Source: the human T2T-CHM13v2.0 reference genome, Homo sapiens. From it: a stretch of DNA of 64,000 bases. Both the position numbers and the translations under genes were made by a program. This document shows, one piece after another, positions 1 through 12,718 of the stretch. The first letter of the stretch is position 1, and every line of letters begins with the position of its first letter. The notes beneath the pieces were generated by a model. It was not told the origin of the DNA. It saw only the letters and a list, made by a program, of their open reading frames with translations, and did not search any database. The stretch lies in assembly GCF_009914755.1 (NCBI RefSeq), contig NC_060925.1; one strand, given 5' to 3'.

Positions 1-329
1 AGGGGCAGCTGGGATGCCTTCCACATTTGTTGGATTTGGGCTAAATTAAAGTCTATCCATAGTCAATTGGATGCCTAGAGCTGAGCCGATTTAATGTCTC
101 AAAGTGTAAGCTCTAGAATTACCATTCTTGTTGAATGTCAGGTTAAGAAGATTGGGTTACCTCTTTGAATTTCTCTCCCAATATATCTAATGGGGAGCTA
201 TTTCAGAATTTGACCTTTCTGTATAAAATGTTTTTTGTCTCTGCAGTATCTACCTTCGTGTTGATCAATAGAAATTCTTGCACAGTAGAATTCAGTCTTT
301 AGTTTTGATAAATCTGAAAGCAGTACAGG

Positions 330-790
330 TGGAGGGTAATTAAGAATGAGGTGTTTGGAGTCCTACAGACCTGGGTTGAAAATCTCAGACCCTCCAGTTC
401 TTAATTCTGTGACCTTTATCATCTATAAGATGATAGAACATTACTCCATCTGTAACCTATGAAGATTAAGCAACATGTTTACATGGGCTGGTTGCCCCTC
501 CCCTGAGCCACCTCAGTGAGGTATCCCTTGACCATCTTCCCTAGGAGTTCAACCCCCTGACCCCCACTCCAAAACTTCCCGTCCCCCTTTCCTGCTTGAT
601 TTTTCTCCACAGTTCCTCTCACCACCCACACACTGTGTATTTTACTTATTTTTTTCTTCCGAATAGTGAGTTATTGTATCCAGGGTTGTTATTCAGACAC
701 CTCCGGGCACTCAGTAAATTCAATAAGTATTTGCTGAGTGAGTGAATTGTTTAGCAGAGTGCCTGGCATATATTGAGTGCCCAATAAATC
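330..790 (+). mobile_element. MIR fragment interrupted by an L2 3' end (~505-748)
   Basis: MIR-like core (agacctgggttgaaaatc...gtgcctggcata); L2 tail caataagtatttgctgagtgagtgaat; boundaries approximate. Confidence 0.55.
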
Positions 791-1182
791 ATGCAAGATA
801 TGAAGAATCATAAAAGAATACAGGAGAAGGAAAGGGGGATATTTAAGTATAAAGGTCCTGTGAACTCAAGATGGGCCACACACAAATAACCTCATTGTGT
901 TTGTGTTCTCCCAGGACTGGAAAACTGCGATTATAATCCACCCCTTATTACCCTGAAGGATAGATACAAGGAATAAGGCTTCAGAGCCTCCCAAACAAAC
1001 AGACAAACAAAAAACTCTGGGCTATGCTTTATTTACCTTTCTAGATGTATATATTGTACCAAGAAGAAATATTTACATGGAATCAGGAAGCACACAAAAG
1101 CCAGCTGTGAGTGAAATACTAAATACTATGTATAAGATATATTAGGTCCTCTTAGATATTAGAAAGATGATAGCCCATCTTA

Positions 1183-1469
1183 TTTTTTTTTTCTTTTCTT
1201 TCTGCAAGGTCTCACTCTGTCACCCAGGCTGCAGTGGTACAATTTCGGCTCACTGTAGCCTTTCCCTCTTGGGCTCAAGTGATTCTCCTGCCCCAGCCTC
1301 CTGAGTAGCTGGGACCGTGGGTGCGCATCATGACGCTAGGCTAAGTTTTTGTAGAGATGGGGTCTTACTGTGTTGCCCAGGCTGGTCTCAAACTCCTGGC
1401 CTCAAGCAATTCTCCCGCCTTGGCCTCCCAAAATGCTGAGATAGTAAGTGTGAGCCACGGCATTCAGCC
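1183..1469 (-). mobile_element. AluJ-type SINE
   Basis: T tail followed by reverse-complement Alu dimer (cctcccaaaatgctgag...gtgagccac). Confidence 0.9.
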
Positions 1470-1501
1470 CCATCCTAGTTTTGAAAGCACCATTTCTTTT
1501 C

Positions 1502-1626
1502 TTTTTATTTTTAAATTGATATATCATAGTTGTTATCTATCTTGGCGGTACATGTGAGATTTTGATACCTGTCTACAATGTGTAATGATCAAGTCAGGGT
1601 AATTGGGATATCCCTCACCTCTAACA
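1502..1626 (-). mobile_element. L1MA-type 3' end fragment
   Basis: aatgtgtaatgatcaagtcagggtaattgggatatcc matches the reverse complement of the L1MA 3' terminus. Confidence 0.7.
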
Positions 1627-1779
1627 GTGATCTCTGCATGGTTTCTCAATTTAAAAAAATAATCTTCTTGCTTGGAAATTTCAAATAAATTATCAAGACT
1701 TAAAAGCAAATTAAACCAATGGGAATTCTGAAGTTTCTTTTTTGTAGTAAGTGTTTGTTTTTTCTCTCTCTCTCTGCGT

Positions 1780-2235
1780 TGGGAAGCTGTTCTTACTGTC
1801 CAGGCAGAAGGTAATGGAAAGTAGCATTGGTGGTGGTGAGAAGTGGTCTGGTGGGCTATATTCTGAAGGTGGGGCCAACAGGATGTGCTAATGGACTGGA
1901 GGGGGGTATGGCTTGGAAGAGGGTGCCAAGGATTGTGGCTGGCACAAGGGAAGACCTGCAGTCTCCTCAGCTGAGATATAGGGAGGCTGTGAGTGGAGCA
2001 GGTGTAGGGAAATGTGGACATGTTAATGCTGCTCAGTGTAGGTGGACCTGTTTTGTAGGTGGTGGGATATGTGTCTGGTGTTCAGGAGGAAGGTCTTAGC
2101 GGGAATGTAAATTTGGAAATGTTCAGCGTATGGATGGTATTTAAAACCGTGAGGCTGGGTGTTAAGCCCAAGGGAATGGATGCAGACAGAAGAGGCCCAA
2201 GGCCTGAGCCCTGGACGATTCCAACATTGAGATCT
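1780..2235 (-). mobile_element. L2 fragment
   Basis: ggacatgttaat, ggatggtatttaaaaccgtgagg and ctgagccctgg are typical antisense L2 words; boundaries approximate. Confidence 0.65.
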
Positions 2236-2391
2236 TTAGCTGTGAATCTGGAGCCAACGGCTGACACTTGAGGACAGTCTAACACTGTAGATTGCGTACT
2301 ATTTTAGGCTGTGTTCCCGTGATCAGGAGATATAATTTTATGAAGCTATGCGACTGTGAAGCTAAAAGGAGCCTCAGGGGAGTGTCTAATT

Positions 2392-2582
2392 CAGTGGTTC
2401 TCAGCCTTGAGCTGTGCCACCCACCCAGAGCGAAGATGGAAATGTGGGGGTGGAGGATCGGGGGTTGTTAGAATACCCGTGGGGTGCTCCTGGCATTTAC
2501 CACCAGGGCCCAATGAAGCCACATATTTCGTATAGCCCAGGTTGGTCTGGCACATTGAAGAGACTGTCCTACCCAAATGGCC
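2392..2582. mobile_element. MER20-like hAT-Charlie fragment
   Basis: Terminus cagtggttctcagcc and internal gggtgctcctggcatt. Confidence 0.45.
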
Positions 2583-2819
2583 ACAGGGCTTCCTGTCAAG
2601 CCCTCATTTACTTATTTCCCCCCATTAGTTAAAAAAAAAAAAGCATGTTGAAGTTGTTTTTTTGTTTTTTCTGTTATTGCTCTGAGTCATACCTGCCTTC
2701 TCCATCAGCCAGCCCTCAAAAGCAGGTTGAAAGCCATCACCTCCTGAGCCTTGTAGCCCATACAGGCCCCACAGGAAGTCTCTGTCCCTCTGACTAGCAG
2801 CCGCATGGAAGTATGAGTG

Positions 2820-3481
2820 TGTTGTGGACTGAATTGTGCCCCCTCAAGTTTCTTACGTTGAAGTCCCAAACCCCAGAGTGACTGTATTTGGAGACAGGTC
2901 CTTTGTGGAGGTGATTAAGGTTAGAGGAGGTCCTAAAGGGTGGCGCCCTGATCCACCTGTCCTACAGGACAGGTGTCCTTATAGGAGGAGGAAGATGGAA
3001 AGAGAGATTTTTTTCCCTACCATGTGAGCACACAGCAGAACAGGGCCACCTGCAAGCCAGGAAGAGGCCTCACCAGGAACCAGATCTGCTGGTACCTTGA
3101 GCTGAGCTTCCAGCCTCCAGAGCTGTGAGAAATACAAATGTATTGTTGGGCCAGGTGCAGTGGCTCATGCCTGTAATCCCAGCACTTTGGGAGGCCAAGG
3201 CGGGTGAATCGCTTGAGTCCAGGAGTTTGAGACCAGCCTGGGCAACATAGCGAAACCCCATCTCTACAAGAAAATACAAAAATTAGCTGGGCATAGTGGC
3301 TCACACTTGTGGTCCCAGCTACAAGGGAGGCTGAAGTGGGAGGATGGCTTGAGCCTAGGAGGCTGAGCCTGCACTGCACTTCAGCCTGGGTGGCAGAGCA
3401 AGACCTTGTCTCAAAAAAAAAAAAAAAGTCTATTGTTTAAGGTCCCGTCTGTGGTATTGTCAGCCCAGGCTGACTAATACA
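2820..3481 (+). mobile_element. MLT1 (ERVL-MaLR) solo LTR interrupted by an Alu
   Basis: TG...CA ends (tgttgtggactgaattgtg...gactaataca); 5-bp TSD GAGTG at 2815-2819 and 3482-3486. Confidence 0.85.
3149..3427 (+). mobile_element. AluJ-type SINE inside the MLT1 LTR
   Basis: ggccaggtgcagtggctc...gtctc plus A tail; tattgtt repeated on both sides. Confidence 0.92.
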
Positions 3482-5101
3482 GAGTGGAAACGATACAGCA
3501 TGACCGGCAGGCCAGTGGGAGGACCGGCCAGCCAGATCCTGAAATGACTTGGGTAACACTTGCCTTCATTTTCTCTTAAGCTCTTCTGAAGCCTCTCCCC
3601 AGTGTTGTCTGGTTCAGAGGTTCCTGGGGTAACATCCCCTTGATGCCTTCTTTAGAGTGTGCTGCGCTTAGGAAGTGAGTGTCGTCAGGCTGGAGCGTTT
3701 CCGGGATCCAAACTCCTTTCCAGGAGGGTTTTGATTGTTTTTGCCTGGAAATGCATCTGATAAGAAAATAAAGTAGAGGAACCCAGGAAGTTTATGAAAT
3801 CTCTTTCTCTCTACTAGGGAAAACTTGGGACAGTTTACATTGAAATTATTTACAGATGTAAAATGAAATCAACCTTTAGGGGGGAAACCATTTTCTTTGT
3901 TTTCTTCTTTCCCCTGTCAACTAGACACCGTTCCTTTTGACTTGTTTCATTAAATCCTTTAAAAACAAGAACTGCTTGTTAAAGAAACAGGTTTCCTTTG
4001 GGTTTCAAACGTTTAGTTATTAGAAAGCTTTTCTCTGCCTTGCCACCACTACATTTAAAATGTGGGGTTTTGAAACATTTTTGTGTCTCACGCTGAAATA
4101 CCACTGCCTGAACCATTTCCCTACAAAGGAACCTTCTTTGAGAGGAGTGTGTCCAAGTTGTACATCTAATCGGTTTATCTTTAAGTCAAGAATATGTTGT
4201 TTTTACTCTAGTTACAGATTATAGTGGCTCACCCTTTGTTTAGAAGAATTACTAAAGAACTCTATTTTGACCACTTTTGAAATGTCTGCCTTTAACACAG
4301 CCAAAACATAGGTCAAAGCTCTTAAGGGTGTATTCTTTTATTTATTTTTTAGGGGCATTTAAAGAGGGCAGACATTGAAGGCCTGGGTTGTGCTGTTTAC
4401 TCTCACTGGAATGTCAGTATTGATATCAGTTGTTTTAAGAGTGGCTAATCAGGATTAAGGATTGTGGGGAAAGATAAAATCCAAACTTCCCATTCTTATT
4501 CTGGAAGAACAAACATTGCTGAAGCCAAGTGAAGGTTTTCAGCATTAAGTCAGCCAGCTTGGAGGGAGGCTTTGGCTAAGGCAACTATTAGGGGACTCAG
4601 AGTTTTCTTTTTAGGGGGGCAGAAGATCTAGGGAAATCCACACAGCTCCCCAGTGGGAGTGTGATTGGAGACCCAGGCAGGGCTGGAGCTTTGTCCTTAT
4701 GTTGTACTTCTCGGCAGCTCGCGGCGTCTCATAAACATGCGCCGCTGGCCTCCTGAGATTCTTGTGACGGAACCGCTGCTCCATGGTAGAGCTGGCCCGA
4801 GCACCCACTCCTCCCGCATCAATTTGCTGCCCAACTCCAACTCTGTATGCCGCACCACAGGGTCCTGGTGGAGGAGATGGGAGGCCACACGGGGTGTCAC
4901 AGGTGGGGACAGGCGCTTCTCTAGGCTTAGCTGTTCTGGCTTTGTTGGCATTTGTGGCCGTGGGGCAGGTGGAGTTTGGGTGTGGTGTAACAGTGAATGT
5001 TTAAAAGCTTGTTCAATAATCACAGTAACAAAGCAGTTCATTGAACATTTTTTGGTATCAAGGCCCATGCTCAGCCTTTTGTGTGCATTAATTTTATTTA
5101 A

Positions 5102-5372
<271 letters not shown>

Positions 5373-6889
5373 AATTTTATTTACTCTGCATCACACTCCT
5401 GTAAAGTGGGTAGGGATGCTATACTTCTGATGATGTCGTATACCAGTTCCCAGAAGGCTCGGAACTCAGACCCCACTTCCAGAAAGTAGAAGAGTTGCAC
5501 ACAGGAGTCAGGTTCGGCAGGATGTGAGCTCAGTTTGCAGAGCAGAGGTTGTTTTTCTCATTTTTCACATTGTCGGTTGGAACATGTTTGGGGAGAGGCA
5601 GGCAGCTAGGATATCCCGGGGCCTCATAAGGCACCACCTTGTATCTAGAGAGCCTTAGTCCCCAGGGATTTTACAGTTACTAAGCCATGAAGTTTTATCA
5701 CTTGTCTATGAGGCAGACGAGAAAGGTGAGCCACTTGCCTGAGTTCTAACAGGGCTCACTGGTGGAGGAATTGGAGCACTCTGTATCCTGGGCTCAGGGT
5801 TCTGTCTAACAGTTGTGGCTCCCTTACTGTCCGCTCTTCAGAGGGTCTTTCATACTCCCGGCTTTTAGGCATGAGTCTTGGCATGAGGCCTGAATGCACC
5901 TAAAAAATGGAAGAGATGGGTGTTGGTAACTTGCAGCCAAACAACCTCCTAAGGGAAGCTGGCCACACGTTGATGGGATGCTGAGAAATGGAGAAGAAAT
6001 GGGGTTGTTTTTCTTTTTCCAGCTTCAGATTCTCGAAGAAAATGTATTGGAAGAGTGCACTCTATTTCTGTTCCCTTGGAACATTGCTGATGCCGTTCAG
6101 GAAGTGAGACTGCTTGTGTGTTCAGTCAGTGTGACATCTCTGCCTGTCAGTGTGACATCTCTGCCTGCTGTTGGAAGGGTGCTGGCAGGCTCAGCGAGAT
6201 ATACGAGATGTGGGGAGTGGGAAGTGGCCAGCAATAATGGCTCCTTGCTTAACGGGTCCCCCACCAACTCATCCCAGGTTGTAACTTGCATCTGATATGC
6301 ACAGTTCACACCAAAGCCATGTCATTATTCATCAGCGTGCTTGTTTATGTTTTGTTTTTATTTTTTGTGTCTTTATAAAACCAACTTCTGGTTTCAACCA
6401 CAGACCGTTCTTTTTCTTCCCTTGATATGTTTCCTCTTTTTTTTTGGTCTATTTCAGGCCTTCTCTCTGTCTGAATTAAAGAATGCATTGAGACTGGTAT
6501 AAGTAGACTGTATTGATTTGACTGTAGAGATTTCGTTTGTGTCGATGTTGGCATCTCTGAAGGGCCCGTTTCAAGTCTCCTTTTCAAAGATCATTAGCAA
6601 ACGTATTCTCAAAGCTTAACCCCTGAGTGGCTGCCCACATGTGTGGCTCAGTTTCCCCATCTGTAACTCTGGGTTATGGTTTGGGCAAAAGCACAATGAT
6701 GCTAAATGAGTTGTGTGATTTGCTTTCTTTACTCTTTAGTCTTTTCTTTCTGCCATCATCCTGGGAATGCAGTGATGACCATGAGGATCGTCTTTGTTGT
6801 CAAGAAACTGTAGTCTTCCCGGAGAGGCAGACAAGGAAACAGGCAATTACGTAGCCTAGTAAGGATAACCTAACCACCTCTAGACCATT

Positions 6890-9120
<2,231 letters not shown>

Positions 9121-10058
9121 GCAGGAAAAACACCTGAGTGTTTTATTTGGAATTCAAATCCACTCTGAATTTGGCAGTTTATAAATTTTGCCCTGAGCAA
9201 TAATGTCTATCTCGAAGGAGAGTAAATGGAAATACAGGCTTGAAGTTGGGATGTGTTGCTTTTATTAATAGCTCAACCAGCTGTTAGCTCCCAGACTGAG
9301 GTTAAAATAATCTCTGTAAACCCTGGGTTTCTTATCTGTAAAACAATAATCATGCTTGCCTGGCCTGTCTTACAGCATTTTTATTAGGCTCAGATGTACA
9401 CATAAACTACATACATTAATTACACAAATTCAGGACATTAATATAGTGACTAGTGGCTTGTATATATATCAGCTTTAAGTAAAGAATGAACTGTTATTTT
9501 GTTACACTTTGCTCTCAAAATGTGTGTGACATGGCTGGCAGACTTTCAGCTTCCAGTATGTGAATGCCTCTGTCACACTGAGATGGTATTGGATTGTTTT
9601 ATCATAGAACCAAAAACAGTTGTGGAAATAGCTGTGAAGCAGTGATCCTACCTATTTCAGAAAGAAATTAGACCAGGAAAAATGGAGTCAACAGAGTTTT
9701 GCTTGATAAATGAGATCAATCTTCGAGTCCTAACAAACTGTCCTACTTCAACTATCCATTTAAAACCCATCACTTTGCCCCCCGTCGTGGAACCATGAAA
9801 CTGAAAGAACAACTTTCTTTTTCAGTGGAAGGGTTTTGTATATTTTAGGAAACAGTCAAAATACTGTAAAATTTATTTTAACTTTTTTTGTCATTTAGGC
9901 TACGTATTTCACTTGAATATGGTTTCGGAGATTACTTGTGATGTTTCTAATGAACTTAAAAGAAGCAGCATTGTCAGTTTATGGTACATTCATTATTAAG
10001 TCAAAACACCGATCTGTTCACTGGTGTAACTGACAATTCACATATACTTTGGAGTTGT

Positions 10059-10316
10059 CTCACCCCGTTGCCCAAGCTGGAGTACAGAGATGTGATCATA
10101 GCTCACCGTAACAAACTCCTGGGCTCAAGCCATCCCCCTGAGTAGCTAAGACTACAGGTGTGCGCCACTGTACTCAGCTGATTTAAAAAATTGTTTAGTA
10201 GAGATGGGGTGTTGCTATGTTGCCCACACTGGCCTCAAACCCCTGACCTCAAGTGATCCTCTTGCCTTTACCTCCCAAAGTGCTGGGTTTACAGGCATGA
10301 GCCACCATGCCTGGCC
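10059..10316 (-). mobile_element. AluJ-type SINE lacking its poly(A) tail, with 16-bp TSD
   Basis: TSD tatactttggagttgt (10043-10058) / tgtactctggagttgt (10317-10332). Confidence 0.85.
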
Positions 10317-11132
10317 TGTACTCTGGAGTTGTTAAATGTTAATGGTAGAACCTATGAGGGCCCATAATCTCCACTGCCATCTGTAAAATTTAAAGTTCAG
10401 ACTTTTATAGTAACGACTATCTTAACTATATTGAATAAGCCATGATTTTCTTCATCTGACAATAATGTGAGAAAATCCACACCTCTTTGGAAATTCAAGT
10501 TATTTAAAAAAGGAAATATCCCAGTAGGAATATTGTACTTGGATTTAAAGTTTTATATTCACTGAAGATTTATTTTTATTCTTGGATTTATGCATTTATT
10601 TAGCAAAGATTTGAGTGCTAACTACATGACAGGTGTTTTTCTGGTCACTGGGGAAACAGCTGTGAACAAAACATTAAAAAAAAACTCTGCCGTCATAGAG
10701 CTCACATTAAGAGGATGGGGGAGAAAACAATAAAATAAATCATTAATTATGTGGTTTTTAAAAAGCATGTTAAATACAGAAGAGAAAAAAAAAGCGGTGG
10801 AGGTTAGGAGTGTGAAAGAGTCAAGGGTTTTAGTACTAAACAGGTGATCAGGGAAGATCTCACTGACAGGAAGGTGTTTAGGCAAAGACCTGAGGGAAGG
10901 GACGAGGGAGTGTGCGTTTGAATAACTGGGAAGAGAGTTCTCATCAGGGGAGGTGGCAAGGGCAAAGGCCCCAAAGAGGTAGTGTGCCAGGCCTATCTAA
11001 AGGACAGCAGGAAGCCAGAGTCGCTAGGCAGGTGGCCATGAGGAAGAGTAGAAAGAGGTGAGGTCTGAGAGGAGTCAAGGCACCAAGCCCTAGGAGCCTG
11101 GAGGCGCATGGTAAGGGCATTGGCTTTGTCTC

Positions 11133-11531
11133 TGTCATAGTCCGTTTTGTGCTGCTATAACAAAATACCTGAGACTGGGTAACTTACAAAGAACAGAAGT
11201 TTACTTCTTATAGTATGGAGGTTGGGAAGTCCAAGATCTTTAAGCTGGCAGGGCTCACATTGTCTGGTGAGAATCTGGTTTCTGCTTTCAAGATGGCGCC
11301 AAGAACAGTGGATCTTCCAGAGGGGACAAATGCTGTATCCTCACATGGCAGAAGGCAGAAAGGCAAAAAAGGGACAAACTCCCTTCATTAAGCCCTTTTA
11401 AAGGGTCTTCATTCCTTTCACAAAGGAAAAGCCCTCATTATCTAATCACCTCTTAAAGGTTCTGTCACCACTACATTGGCTGTTAAGTTGCAACACCTGA
11501 ATTTTGGAAGAGACTCATTCAAACTGTAGCA
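11133..11531 (-). mobile_element. MST-type MaLR solo LTR
   Basis: tgtcatagtccgttttgtgctgctataacaaaatacctgagactgggtaa...cattcaaactgtagca. Confidence 0.85.
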
Positions 11532-11904
11532 GCCATTGAGTGAGATGGAAGCCATTGTAGGTTTGGGAGCAGAGGAACAGCATGACCTGAATTAGGCCTC
11601 TAAAGGGTCAGTTTTTTAAAAGGTTGCTGTGATAAGACCAGGTTTACTGGGGGTGGGGTGGGAAATACAAGGCCAGAAGCAGAGAAACCTGTTGCCGTGA
11701 TCCAGCCAAGATGACAGTGGCTAAGAACAGGGGACTAACAATGGAGGTGGTGAGAGGTGGTTGGATTCTGGATGCCTTTGGAAGGTAGAGATGACAAGAT
11801 ATGCTGAATCGGATGTGGAATGTGAAGAAGAGAGGGCTGAAGGATGCCACTGAGTTTCTTAACCAAGCAACTTGAAGAATGGACTTGTCCTTTGCTGAGC
11901 AGGG

Positions 11905-12145
11905 AGCAGTACAACCTCCTGGTTAAGGTGTGGATGCTGGCACCAGGTCTCCCATGTTGGAATCCCAGTTATCCCTTTAGCAGCTGCACGATCTTGGCGT
12001 GTCAGTTAGCTCCTTCGTGATATAAGTTAAGGGTGATGATAATACTCATCTTATGGGCTGCCGTGTGAGGACTAAATGGGTTAACACCTGTAAGTGACTT
12101 AGCACAGTGGCTGGCACATAGTCAGTACTAAACGAATACTAGCTG
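11905..12145 (+). mobile_element. MIR
   Basis: MIR core: gttggaatcccag...gtgaggactaaatggg...ttagcacagtggctggcacatag. Confidence 0.7.
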
Positions 12146-12380
12146 CTATTCAGGAAGCATTGCTGGAAAGATTAGGAGGGAAGTTTTCATCCAAGTGGAA
12201 CTGTCCAGTAGGTGGATGAAGATATACAAAAATCTGGAATTCAGGAGGCAAGCCTGGGGAGAAGTTACACAGTTGAGATTGTCAATGTTTATGGATGGTT
12301 TTAAAATCACTTTGTTATCTATCCCTGAATGTGTATTTTTAAATGTGGAGGTATTTCTGGTTACCAAAATAGGCTTAAAG

Positions 12381-12718
12381 CAGGAGTCCCCAACCCCTAA
12401 GCCGTGGACCAGTGGTGACACATGGCCTGTTAGGAACCAGGCCACGCAGCAGGACGTGAGCAGTGGATGAGCAAACATTACCGCCTGAGCTCCGCCTCCT
12501 GTCAGATCAGCATGGGCATTAGATTCTCATAGGAGCACGAACCCTATTGTGAACTGCACATGCAAGGGATCTGGGTTGTGTGCTCCTTATTAGAATCTAA
12601 TGCCTGATGATCTGAGGTGGAACAGTTTCATCCCAAACCATCTCCCCTCTCCACCATCTGTAGAAAAATTGTCTTCCATGAAACTGTTCCTTGGTGCCAA
12701 AAAGGTTGGGGACCGCTG
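12381..12718 (+). mobile_element. MER1B-type hAT-Charlie element, full length
   Basis: TIRs caggagtccccaacc / ggttggggaccgctg; 8-bp TSD gcttaaag / gcttaagg. Confidence 0.9.

Larger units (their letters stand above)
10590..12310 (-). mobile_element. L2 element interrupted by an MST LTR and a MIR
   Basis: Reverse L2 3' end (tttatttagcaaagatttgagtgctaactac...) and L2 body words; boundaries approximate. Confidence 0.7.

Noticed and set aside
6345-6587. 80-aa minus-strand ORF containing ETRSWFYK
   Set aside because: Resembles a decayed L1 ORF2 motif (KSWFFEK); at most a tiny L1 relic
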